DNA of 61,813 bases, the filler included, from Chthonomonadaceae bacterium (GTDB lineage Bacteria > Armatimonadota > Chthonomonadetes > Chthonomonadales > Chthonomonadaceae), in the NCBI GenBank assembly GCA_035650735.1. It is 3 parts of 3 records of this genome, joined end to end, with 100 filler letters (N's around TTAATTAATTAA, not from the genome) between each part and the next. Parts side by side here need not be neighbours in the genome. Positions count along the whole stretch, not along the records: positions 23,971 to 54,452 come from DASRGZ010000049.1; positions 54,553 to 61,813 come from DASRGZ010000070.1; 1 more part is not named here. One strand, written 5' to 3'. The position numbers and the translations under genes are program-made. The notes beneath the pieces were generated by a model. It was not told where the DNA came from and ran no database searches. It was given only the letters and a program-made list of their open reading frames with translations. This document shows, in pieces, positions 50,393-59,650 of this stretch; position 1 is the stretch's first letter; every line of letters starts with the position of its first letter.

Positions 50393-50616
50393 AACGTAGG
50401 CAGCTTGCCCTGGCTGGCTGCCTCTGGTGTCAGGCCAAAGCCGAAGTAAGCGATCAAAAACACCAGGATGCCAATGGCAAGAATGATCCAAAAGGTAAGC
50501 ATGGCGCTTTTGGGAGTAGCGCGTCCATAGCGCCGATCTGCATTGTAGAGGTAGGCATCCAGCGCCAGCCTCTCCAGGTTGTCTTTGCCGGGATCGTGCT
50601 GCTGTCCATCCAACAT
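50389..50616 (-). CDS. Small single-TM protein on the opposite strand between chaperone and tape measure genes
   Basis: AAGGAG RBS; MLTFWIILAIGILVFLIAYFGFG TM helix. Confidence 0.6.
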   Translation of the reverse strand: MLDGQQHDPGKDNLERLALDAYLYNADRRYGRATPKSAMLTFWIILAIGILVFLIAYFGFGLTPEAASQGKLPTF

Positions 50617-50659
50617 ATCCGTTCTCCTTCTGCTCGCTTATGGTGAGAGTCTAACACAA

Positions 50660-53650
50660 ATGCCACCTAATAATCAACTCAATAACACAATTAGAGACGC
50701 GATAAACGACCTGACGGATTCAGCGGCAGAGTTTCGCCGCCTGCGTGATACGCTCCGCACCATCAACGACCGTTTCGGCGGGGCCAGGTCTTCTGATCCC
50801 CTCTCCTACAGCGCCGTGCCCACCGCCTCCAATGGGGGCATACGCGGCGACATCGCCGCCTGGCAGCAGTACGACGTGCAGCGGGTCGTTGGCGAACAGG
50901 TCTCCCGACTCTTCGTGGGTATCACCGATGTCTATCTCACCCAAATGCGCCAGATAGCTGCCTCCCCATCACTCTCCACCATGCAGATGGCCGCGATTCA
51001 GTCGCAGGCGACAGGCGGCTACTACGGCGCGACCTTACCGGCCATTGGGACGGCAGTGGGCGCAGGAATCGGGGCGCTGTTGGGGAATCCGTTCTATGGA
51101 GCCGCTGCCGGTAATGCGCTTGGCAGCCTCGCCGGGGGCTACCTTAACAATATCTACAACTACCAGGCTACCATCCAGCAGCAGCTAGGTGTCAGCCAGC
51201 AGCTTGCCTCTCAGATCGGTTATCTGCGCGGCAGCACAGGGGCGGGCGTCCTGGGCCAAGCCTACTTCAATGCAACTCTCGCCCGCCAGCCTATCGCCAA
51301 TCAGGTCGGCGATCTCTACGCCCTGGCTATCTCCAACCCTGTGTTCCGAAGCCTCCCGCCCGACGCCTTCACGCAGTTGTACGCTGCGACCGCAAGCGCT
51401 GACTTCCCCGAAGGCAATCCGGGCCTGATGGCCCTGCGCTTGCAGGGGGGCCTCTCCATTGCGCAGCTTTATCCCCAGCACCAGGGCGGCACGGATGCCT
51501 ACCAGCGGTTTCTGGGTTCTGCCCGCATCCGTACCGATCCGAACCCGGAGTCGCCGGAGGACTGGTGGGCCAAAACCCTGGGTCATGGGCGTAGAAATCT
51601 TGTGCCAGGTGGGACGTGGGAGAAAGTGCGCGCCTATGACATCGCCCACTACTATCCCCGCACCATACAGGTCTCCGAGCGCGTGCCCGGCGACTACGAC
51701 CCCTACATGGCCGCTCTCTTCGGCGACACCACCGCCTTCAACCAGGCGCTAAGCGACTTCCCCGCTCAGGCCCAGGCCCTCGGCTTAGCACGCGAGGAGT
51801 ACGTCATGCAGGGGCAGATGACCGCCCTGACCGCTAGGATCGCCGGTGCCGACGTAGCTTCGTACCAGGCCCTCCTGGCGGGCGGCACCAACCTACAGGG
51901 CCTGCGCCAAGCCGGGGCCTATGCCCTCTCGGAGTTGAACCTGTCGGCTCAGGCCCCATTGGCCCGCTTGCAGAACCTCCAGCGCCGGTTCAATCCCAAC
52001 AACCTGCCCCTGCAAGAGTTGGCCCTGACCAATCCCACCGCCGCCAACGCCCTCGCCGAGGCGCAGCAGGAGTACGGCGGACGGCAGATGGCCGCCGCCC
52101 TGTTTGGCCGTGAGAACACCTTCCAGCAGATCGGCATGGTACAAACCCACCTCCAAGCCATCGGTATCAAGGGTGAAGTCGGGGTGCAGCAGGCCCTCTT
52201 CGGCGGCAACCTGGAGACTATCGCCGGAGCCTATCAGCAGCAAGTCCTCAACGCCCAACAGGCCCAAGCCTCCTACCTGGCCCTCTCCAAGCTGCCGGGG
52301 CTGTCGGAGGCCCAGAGGGAGTTGTACGGCGGGCTGGCGGGTCAGGCAGGCTACCAGGCCAATACTCTGCTCCCGATGACCGGCGAGTTAAGCCGCTTCT
52401 CGCTGGTGCAGTCGGGGATCGAGGCGCAGCGGGCCTACGCCGGGGCGCAGGTGGCTTATGGGGCCGCTTATGGCACGGCAGGGGCCGTCTACCAGGGCCA
52501 CCAGGGCGAGATCGCCGCCTTGCAGCAAGACCTTTCCAACCTCTGGCAGACCATCACCTCCGGCAAGTTGGGCGCGCAGGAGTTGAACCGAGCCTGGGCG
52601 CAACTCAACGACACTCAGAGGCGGCTGGTGGAGTCCAGCGCCCGCGCGGTAGACGAGTACAACCGCATCCAGAACACGGTGGCCGACCTGGGGCGGGGCA
52701 TCACCGGCACGCGAGCCGAACGGGCCTTCCTGACCGGCAGGGGAGGGATAGAGGGGTTAGGCTACGTGCAGGCCGACATCGGCGCGGCCAGGGAGGTCGC
52801 CAGCACCCGCTACCAGTCCTTGCTCAATGTCTACAACGACATCAAGCAGAACAACCCCGGCCTCACCGACGCGGAGATACTTAAGAACCCGCGTTACCTG
52901 GAGGCGCTTCACCAGTACGAGCAGGCGCAGACGGGGGTGGCGGCCTCTATTCTAAACCAAGCCAGCGTGCCCTTTGCCGCTGGTGAGGAGAACCGCTACC
53001 GGCAGGCCCAGTTTACCGCCGATGTCCTGCAATCTCTGCCGGGCGCTTACGGCAACCTGCGGGGGGCGCTCCAGGGCGTGTATACCGGCAGCCAGAACCG
53101 GGTAGCGCAGCTTCAGCAGATGAAGGCGCAGGCGCTGGAAGGGATCACCGATCCGGGCCAGCGCGACGAGATCGCCCTGCGCTTCGATGAGCGTATCCGC
53201 CAGGAGACCATGACGGGCGTGCGCGCGTTCAATCAGCTTAGCTACGGGTGGGAGGCACGGCTCATCAGCAACGTCATGGGCGCGTCTGGTAACTTCTCCG
53301 GCGTCGGCAACCGCTTCTCCTACATGGCCTCGGTCTTAGGCGGCGTGACCAATCCCCACTTTGGCGCAAACGCCTCGCAGCTTCCCTTCTTCTTAGAGCA
53401 GGCCGGATACGCGGGTTCTCTCGCAGGCGCTACCGGCACGCCCCAGGGCTTTGCGGCGACGGCCTTAGCGGGTCAGGGCCAGCGCCAGATGCCGGTGCAG
53501 GAGCATCATATCACCGTCACGCTGGAGTGGCCGGATGGCAGCCAGGCCGGGCAATTCACCCTCAACACGGGCAAGGGCGGCGGCAACGTCATGGGCCAGT
53601 TTGAGGACATGGCCAACCGCTTCGTCCTCCAGAACCAGGGGAACAATTAA
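50660..53650 (+). CDS. Tape-measure-like protein (~996 aa)
   Basis: Ala/Gln/Gly-rich and helical; N-terminal coiled coil; glycine-zipper GTAVGAGIGALLG..GAAAGNALG; C-terminal ITVTLEWPDG strand; follows the G/GT pair. Confidence 0.65.
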   Translation: MPPNNQLNNTIRDAINDLTDSAAEFRRLRDTLRTINDRFGGARSSDPLSYSAVPTASNGGIRGDIAAWQQYDVQRVVGEQVSRLFVGITDVYLTQMRQIAASPSLSTMQMAAIQSQATGGYYGATLPAIGTAVGAGIGALLGNPFYGAAAGNALGSLAGGYLNNIYNYQATIQQQLGVSQQLASQIGYLRGSTGAGVLGQAYFNATLARQPIANQVGDLYALAISNPVFRSLPPDAFTQLYAATASADFPEGNPGLMALRLQGGLSIAQLYPQHQGGTDAYQRFLGSARIRTDPNPESPEDWWAKTLGHGRRNLVPGGTWEKVRAYDIAHYYPRTIQVSERVPGDYDPYMAALFGDTTAFNQALSDFPAQAQALGLAREEYVMQGQMTALTARIAGADVASYQALLAGGTNLQGLRQAGAYALSELNLSAQAPLARLQNLQRRFNPNNLPLQELALTNPTAANALAEAQQEYGGRQMAAALFGRENTFQQIGMVQTHLQAIGIKGEVGVQQALFGGNLETIAGAYQQQVLNAQQAQASYLALSKLPGLSEAQRELYGGLAGQAGYQANTLLPMTGELSRFSLVQSGIEAQRAYAGAQVAYGAAYGTAGAVYQGHQGEIAALQQDLSNLWQTITSGKLGAQELNRAWAQLNDTQRRLVESSARAVDEYNRIQNTVADLGRGITGTRAERAFLTGRGGIEGLGYVQADIGAAREVASTRYQSLLNVYNDIKQNNPGLTDAEILKNPRYLEALHQYEQAQTGVAASILNQASVPFAAGEENRYRQAQFTADVLQSLPGAYGNLRGALQGVYTGSQNRVAQLQQMKAQALEGITDPGQRDEIALRFDERIRQETMTGVRAFNQLSYGWEARLISNVMGASGNFSGVGNRFSYMASVLGGVTNPHFGANASQLPFFLEQAGYAGSLAGATGTPQGFAATALAGQGQRQMPVQEHHITVTLEWPDGSQAGQFTLNTGKGGGNVMGQFEDMANRFVLQNQGNN

Positions 53651-53715
53651 CCAAGCTATCGCACCGACCTGTCGCTGAGGCTCTTCTCTCCTTCCCCTCT
53701 CCGGCAGGCGCAGAA

Positions 53716-53750
53716 AAGGCCCGGAAGGTTCCCTCCTCCCTCCGGGCCTT
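53716..53750. terminator. Hairpin closing the tape-measure operon
   Basis: aaggcccgga...tccgggcctt 10-bp stem between convergent genes. Confidence 0.55.
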
Positions 53751-53779
53751 ACTGTCATGGATGATATAGTCACAGTGAT

Positions 53780-54140
53780 GGGGCGGGGGATGGGCTTGAT
53801 GGGCAAGTCGGCGGGTTGAGTTTGAGAAGCGGCTTGGGATGCTGCTTTGCCAGGTTTCTTGCTGTTTTGCTTCTTGCCGGATCGCTTCTTGGCAGGCTGT
53901 TTTCGGCCTTTGGTGTCCGTGCGAGTTTCGGTGTTCGGAATTTCCGAACGTCGCACCATATCCTGTCTAATGGTCTCTACCGTATGGTCATCCACCTGAA
54001 ACGCTTTAGCGATTTGCAGATTGGGTTTATCCGGCGTCTCTCTAAGCTGTGCTGCAATCAACTCCCGCCTCTGTTCCCGCGTCAAGTGCCTACGGTTGAG
54101 GTTGAGATTGCGGATGTGCAGCCGATGCTCTGCTTCAGTA
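53780..54140 (-). pseudogene. Fragment of a ParB-associated HTH protein (limits approximate)
   Basis: NLNRRHLTREQRRELIA..L...P...N.QIAK..QVD..TV..IR, with no ParB domain upstream. Confidence 0.55.
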
Positions 54141-54189
54141 CACAGGAGAAAGGCCCGGTAGCCAAAACCAACTACCGGGCCTTTGTGCT

Positions 54190-54390
54190 CTACGGATCGG
54201 TTTGCTTCTCTGCGGCTCCCTTCCTGGCTTTGCCCTTCTTCTGTGTCGGTACGTCGGTGGCTTGTTCGGCCTTTGGTCTGCCGCGCCGCACCCAGTCCGC
54301 CGTGACCTCGCAGAACGTCTTGACTCCGGGCAAACAGGCGTAGTCGCGGCAGTGGGGGCTTTGGCAGAGAGGGCAGGTGAATAACGACAA
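54190..54390 (-). CDS. Small Cys-rich hypothetical protein
   Basis: CPLC..HC...C.......C, basic tail. Confidence 0.4.
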   Translation of the reverse strand: MSLFTCPLCQSPHCRDYACLPGVKTFCEVTADWVRRGRPKAEQATDVPTQKKGKARKGAAEKQTDP

Positions 54391-54452
54391 ATAGATTTCC
54401 GCCCAAACGACAATTAGAACTCCCGCTGGCTTGCAGCGAATAGACTTGTTCC

Positions 54453-54552
54453 NNNNNNNNNNNNNNNNNNNNNNNNNNNNNNNNNNNNNNNNNNNNTTAA
54501 TTAATTAANNNNNNNNNNNNNNNNNNNNNNNNNNNNNNNNNNNNNNNNNNNN
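54453..54552. other. Artificial contig linker
   Basis: N-run / TTAATTAATTAA / N-run. Confidence 0.97.
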
Positions 54553-54782
54553 CTTCCCGCAGCGGGTAGTCGCGTTGGGGAGCGTCTTGGGTCATCAGGG
54601 TCAGGTAAGGGGCCACAAAGGCCCATTCGTCATCAGAGACATCACTGGGATAGGGCTTGCGAGTAGACATACGTACCCATACTGCTTACAAGCGACGCGG
54701 CGCCAGCGCCTCGCCGACCTGGGACAGCTTAAGACATACGTACCCATACTGCTTACAAGCCCCCAAAGTTCATAACACGCTC
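54553..54782 (-). mobile_element. Left end of an IS5-family element; transposase N-terminus at 54670-54553
   Basis: [23 protein letters not shown]; candidate end GAGCGTGTTATGAA preceded by CTA. Confidence 0.85.
54665..54760. repeat. 29-bp perfect direct repeat flanking a unique 38-bp insert
   Basis: agacatacgtacccatactgcttacaagc at 54665-54693 and 54732-54760. Confidence 0.92.
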
Positions 54783-54924
54783 TAGCCAGACTCCCCGCCG
54801 ATGAAAGCGCCCGACCGCGCCATATGGTCGGTTCGACTGCCGTATCCCTGGCGAATAGGTTGTGCAAATGCGTGCGCCCCTCCTGCCACCTAGAACCATA
54901 AGGCCAGTAGACATCTGTCAAGGC

Positions 54925-55200
54925 CATTAGTCGGTAGCTAGCCTCCGGCCAGCCTCAGCGTTGCACTGGGTGTGCCTGGTGGCATTAGCCGGTAGCTAGC
55001 CTCCGGCCAGAAGAGGTCAATCAGAACTTCACGGGAATGGACCTGGGAAGATAGTAGACCAGGTAGGCGAGCAGGCCCGCGACCTTCTGGGTCTTGAAGC
55101 GGGTGAGGGGCAGGTTGCCATTCTGGGCGTGCAGCCCCCCGAACAGGTGGATCCGCCAGGTTGGGTAAGCATGGGCAGGTTCACTTTCTAGCCGACGCAT
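54925..55200 (-). pseudogene. SARP/BTAD-type regulator N-terminal remnant containing a 28-bp duplication and 30-bp insert (54925-55010)
   Basis: WRIHLFGGL......TRFKTQKVAGLLAYL then frameshifted LIDLFWPE. Confidence 0.7.
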
Positions 55201-55342
55201 AACGATCGTGGACGATTTTCCTTCCCGGCAATATCTTTCGACGATAGTCTATTCTGGAAGGCTTACGGAAGTCTAAAAAGATGGCCGTTGGGCCATAACG
55301 AGAGAACGTGAGCGATAGGTAATAGAGAATGGTTCTCTTATA

Positions 55343-56468
55343 GATGTCTCAAATAGATGTCATATAATGGAGGAATGGCAAGTCGTCACTTTCAACTCAC
55401 CCAAGAGCAGGCCAACGAGTTACAGGCCGCTTACCTGTATTGCCAGGATGCCGCTACCAAAACACGCTATCAAGCGGTTCGGCTCTATGGCGTGGGCTAT
55501 CCGGTCGTCCAGATCATGGACATCACCGGCGCCAGTCGCACCAGTCTGATGGACTGGTGTCGGCTCTATCGAAAGAAAGGACTCCTCGGTCTGGTAGACC
55601 ATCGCGTCGGGGGCAATAGCGCCAAGCTCAGTGCCGAGCAGATCGAAGCCATCCAGAACCAACTGCATCGCTACACCCCCGCTCAACGCCTGGGCCAAGA
55701 GTTCTGCGTCGGCGACGGGCAGTTCTGGACGATTGCTGATCTGAAGCGGCTGGTGCAGCAGGAGTATGGAGTGCTCTACCAGAGCCAGAACTCCTACTAT
55801 AACCTGCTCAACAAGTGCGGCTTCTCTTTGCAACGCCCTGCCAAGCAGTACAAGTCGCGCTCCGAAGACAAAGGCATGGCCTTCGAGGAGGCTCTGGAAA
55901 AAAACTCGTAGACACGGCCCAGAACGCCCCTAAAACTGCGATCCTGGCAGGCGAGGAAGCCTCGCTGTATCTGCAAGCCTCCCTGATGCGGGTCTGGTCT
56001 CCGAGGGGACAGACCCCGGTGGTCAAGGTGCATCCGGGGCGGGAGAACACCCATTTCTATGGCGCGCTCAACTTGGCAACGGGCCAAGAAGTCGTGCTGC
56101 GTTCCGACCTGATGCAAGCGGAGGTTTCCGCTCTGTTCTTGCCGCAGGTCTTGAAGACCTATCCCGACCGACCTATCTTGCTGCTGTGGGATCGCGCTCC
56201 CTGGCATCAAGGGGAGGCTATCCGCTCGGTCTTGGCGGCGAACCCGCGTTTAGAGGTTGTGTGGTTGCCGCCGGGTTCGCCGGAGTTGAACCCGCAGGAG
56301 CAGGTCTGGAAAGCCGCGCGAGAAGCAGTGAGCCATAATCACCAGTGCGCGAAACTGTCCGCTTTAGCCGACGCTTTCGAGAAGTATCTGCGGGAAACGA
56401 AGTTTCCCTGTTCACTGCTGGACAAGCACCACTATCCTAACCTCTGTGCGAGGTTTATTTGAGTTGTC
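55343..56468 (+). mobile_element. IS630-family element; transposase in two ORFs (55357-55911, 55815-56462) joined by a -1 frameshift
   Basis: TA-flanked imperfect TIRs gatgtctcaaata / tatttgagttgtc; A AAA AAC at 55899-55905; WDRAPWH and SPELNPQE motifs. Confidence 0.92.
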
Positions 56469-56631
56469 TATTAGTTTAGCGGTTGGGTCGCAAAAGTCAA
56501 TACTTGGCCCGTAGACTCCTGGCAGCGCCGGACCGCTTCGGCTCCGGCGGAAGGAGCGCCATCGCGCAACTCTGCCAGGGCCAAAACTGTCTATAAACCA
56601 TAATCAAGGGGTGAAGAGGGAGCAGAAGCCA

Positions 56632-56792
56632 ACCCTGATTCTCCCCTCTCCCGCAGCGTGTGAGAGAGGGGGACAGGGGGTGAGGGCCTTAACTATCCCA
56701 AGCCGGGTCCCTCCCTTCCCCAGCGAGGTACGAGCGGCTAGGGAAGGGGAGCGGGGTTAGGTGAATCGGGAGAAGGGAATGGGGATGAGGGC
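56632..56792. repeat. CCCCTCTCC..GAGAGGGG / CCCTTCCC..GGGAAGGG palindrome cluster
   Basis: Same family as 15903-16080 and 59566-59657. Confidence 0.7.
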
Positions 56793-56846
56793 TGCGACGT
56801 GCTATAATAGTTCAGATTTAGCCATAATTGGGAGTGTAGGAAATCC

Positions 56847-59561
56847 ATGACAGCCAGCGAATTGCGCCAGAAATATATAGACTTTTTTATCAGCAAGGGA
56901 CACCTGCATCTGCCCGGTGCGCCGCTTATCCCCGTGGACGTGCTTGGCGTCGAGGATAAGACGACGCTGTTTACCTCCGCCGGGATGCAGCAGTTCAAGC
57001 CCTATTTCATCGGCGCGGCCACCCCGCCCAGCACACGCATCGCCACCGTCCAGAAGTGCCTGCGCACGGTGGACATTGACAGCGTCGGCGACTTTTCGCA
57101 CTGCACCTTCTTCGAGATGCTGGGCAACTTCAGCTTCGGCGACTACTTCAAAGCCGAAGTCATTCCCTGGACCTGGGAGTTCCTGACCGAATGGCTCAAG
57201 CTCGATCCCGACCGCCTCTGCGTCACCGTCTTCATTGACGACGACGAGGCCTATGACATCTGGCATCGGGTGGTTGGGCTGCCGGAAGACCGCATCCATC
57301 GGCTGGGTGCGGACAAGAACTTCTGGCCCGCCAACGCCATTGAGGAAGGGCCGGACGGACCATGCGGCCCCTGCTCAGAAATCTTCTATCGCGTCGCGCC
57401 GTTGGAGGAGATGACCACCGATCCCAACCTCTCGCCCACCGAGCGATATCTGGTGGACGATGCGGCGGGCCGCTGGCTGGAGATATGGAACAATGTCTTC
57501 ACCCAGTTCGACCGCAGCCAGGACGCGCACGGTAAGCCGGTGCTGACGCCCCTGCCCAAGAAGAACAACGATACCGGCGCGGGCCTGGACCGCATCGCCT
57601 ACGTCCTCCAGGGCAAGCAGAGCGTCTTCGAGACCGACCTGTTCCTGCCCACGCTGGAGCGGATCGAGGCGCTTTCGGGCAAGAAGTACGGGGGCACGGA
57701 GGGGCCGGCAGACTTCGCGTTTCGGGTCGTGGCCGAGCACACGCGCTCGACCGTCTTCTGCATCGCCGACGGCATCCTACCCTCCAACGAGGGCCGGGGC
57801 TATGTCCTGCGCTATATTATGCGCCGCGCCATCCGCTACGGCAAGATGGTTTTGGGCTTTGAGGCGCCGTTCCTGCACGAAATCGCCCCAGAGATCATCG
57901 CGCAGATGGGCGACTTCTACCCGGAGCTTAAGGAGCGTCGCGAACTGATTTTGCAGACCATTCGCGCGGAGGAGGAGCGCTTCCGCCGCACGCTCGACTA
58001 TGGCATGAACCGCCTGGAGGAGATGCTCTCTTCCGAGGAGGTCCAGAGGTCGAAGGTGCTGCCCGGCAAGGATGTCTTCCAGCTTTACGATACCTACGGC
58101 TTCCCGCTGCGCCTGACGGAGGAGCTCGCGGCGGAGCGCGGTATCGCCGTGGACATGGAAGGCTTTGCGCGCGAGATGGAGGAGCAGCGCCGGCGCTCCC
58201 GCGAGGCCGTCGAGGGCAGAGAGGTCTTCACGGCCCTTAGCTGGGAGGCGGTGCTGGCGGGGCTGCCGCCGACCGACTTCCTGGGCTACACGCAGACCGA
58301 AGCGGAGGCGACCGTGCTCGCCCTGCTGCATGGCGGCGAATCGGTGCAGTTTGCGCGCGCCGGGGACGAGATCACCGTCGTCCTGGACCGCACGCCCTTC
58401 TACGCGGAGGCCGGCGGGCAGGTCGGCGATACCGGCACGCTGACCGCGCCAGCAGGCGACACCACCTGCGCCCTCAGAATCGAGGTCACGGACACCCGGA
58501 AGAACGCGCTCGGCGTCTATCTGCACAGCGCCAGGGTGCTGGAGGGCGAGGTGAGCGTCGGGCAGACGGTGCATGCGGCGGTGGATATGGTACGGCGGCG
58601 CGACATCATGCGCAACCACACGGCCACGCACTTGCTGCAGGCGGCGCTGCGGCAGGTTCTGGGCGGGCACGTGCATCAGAAAGGCTCGCTGGTCGCCCCG
58701 GACCGCCTGCGCTTCGACTTCACCCACACGCAGCCGATGACGGAGGAAGAAAAGAAGCGCGTGGAGGCCATCGTCAACGCCCGCGTCCTCGACGATACGC
58801 CGGTGGTCGTGCATACGGACGTGCCGATTGCCGAGGCGAAGGCGCGCGGCGCGATGGCCCTGTTCGGCGAGAAATACGCCGACCGCGTGCGCATGATCGA
58901 GGTGCCCGGCTTCAGCCTGGAGCTTTGCGGCGGCACGCACCTGGCGCATACGTCGCAGGTCGGACTGTTCAAGATCGTCTCGGAGACGGGCGTGGCGGCG
59001 GGCGTGCGGCGCCTGGAGGCGGTGACGGGCCGGGGCGCGCTCGACTATATCCACCGCGAGGAGGAGGCGCTGGAGCGCGTAGCCTCTCTGCTCAAGGCCG
59101 GCCCGAACGAGGTGGTGACGGCGGCAGAGCGCCTGATCGCGCAGCGGCAGGAGCTGGAACGGCAGAATCGACAGTTGAAGGCGGGCGGCGGCGCGGCGCA
59201 GGGGGCGGAGTTTGTGCCCCAGGATGTTCACGGCGTTCCGGTTGTCGCGCGTCAACTGGAGAACGCGGATGCGGAGACGCTGGCGAATCTGGCCGACCGC
59301 ACCGCGCAGAAGCTCCATTCTGCCGTCATTGTCCTGGGCGCGGCGGTAGACGGCAAAGTGGCCTTCACGGCGAAGGTGACGCCCGACCTGGTGGCGAAGG
59401 GCCTGCACGCGGGCAACCTGGTGCGGGAGGTCGCCAAAATCGCGGGCGGCGGCGGCGGCGGGCGTCCCGACTTTGCGCAGGCGGGCGGACGCGAGGCCGG
59501 TAAGCTCCAGGAGGCGCTGGAGGCCGTGCCGCGCCTGGTCGCAGCGCAGCTGCGCAAGTAG
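56847..59561 (+). CDS. alaS: Alanine--tRNA ligase
   Basis: FTSAGMQQFK, HCTFFEMLGNFSFGDYFK, GPCGPCSE, EIWNNVF, NHTATHLL, ELCGGTH, GGGGGRP. Confidence 0.98.
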   Translation: MTASELRQKYIDFFISKGHLHLPGAPLIPVDVLGVEDKTTLFTSAGMQQFKPYFIGAATPPSTRIATVQKCLRTVDIDSVGDFSHCTFFEMLGNFSFGDYFKAEVIPWTWEFLTEWLKLDPDRLCVTVFIDDDEAYDIWHRVVGLPEDRIHRLGADKNFWPANAIEEGPDGPCGPCSEIFYRVAPLEEMTTDPNLSPTERYLVDDAAGRWLEIWNNVFTQFDRSQDAHGKPVLTPLPKKNNDTGAGLDRIAYVLQGKQSVFETDLFLPTLERIEALSGKKYGGTEGPADFAFRVVAEHTRSTVFCIADGILPSNEGRGYVLRYIMRRAIRYGKMVLGFEAPFLHEIAPEIIAQMGDFYPELKERRELILQTIRAEEERFRRTLDYGMNRLEEMLSSEEVQRSKVLPGKDVFQLYDTYGFPLRLTEELAAERGIAVDMEGFAREMEEQRRRSREAVEGREVFTALSWEAVLAGLPPTDFLGYTQTEAEATVLALLHGGESVQFARAGDEITVVLDRTPFYAEAGGQVGDTGTLTAPAGDTTCALRIEVTDTRKNALGVYLHSARVLEGEVSVGQTVHAAVDMVRRRDIMRNHTATHLLQAALRQVLGGHVHQKGSLVAPDRLRFDFTHTQPMTEEEKKRVEAIVNARVLDDTPVVVHTDVPIAEAKARGAMALFGEKYADRVRMIEVPGFSLELCGGTHLAHTSQVGLFKIVSETGVAAGVRRLEAVTGRGALDYIHREEEALERVASLLKAGPNEVVTAAERLIAQRQELERQNRQLKAGGGAAQGAEFVPQDVHGVPVVARQLENADAETLANLADRTAQKLHSAVIVLGAAVDGKVAFTAKVTPDLVAKGLHAGNLVREVAKIAGGGGGGRPDFAQAGGREAGKLQEALEAVPRLVAAQLRK

Positions 59562-59650
59562 CAGCCTAACCCCCTATCCCCCTTCCCTACAAGGGAAGGG
59601 GGTGACACAAGTGCGTCCCTCACATGGCAGCTTCCCTTCCCTTCCCGGTG

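Larger units (their letters stand above)
39441..54452. mobile_element. tRNA-integrated phage satellite-like element or reduced prophage; right end not in contig
   Basis: Integrase 110 bp from the tRNA 3' end, Xis-like HTHs, primase-polymerase, TerS-like, tail chaperone-like and tape-measure-like genes. Confidence 0.8.

Noticed and set aside
53465..54406. 313-aa ORF as one real gene
   Set aside because: Only the central HTH part looks protein-like; the ends overlap the tape-measure gene and a separate small ORF.
56517..56582. Structured segment upstream of alaS as a T-box, SRP or other ncRNA
   Set aside because: It has hairpin potential but no T-box or SRP consensus that I can verify; more likely another palindromic repeat.
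54553..56846. attR of the tRNA-Arg element, or its continuation on the third contig
   Set aside because: No copy of the tRNA 3' end was seen, and the contigs are not necessarily adjacent.
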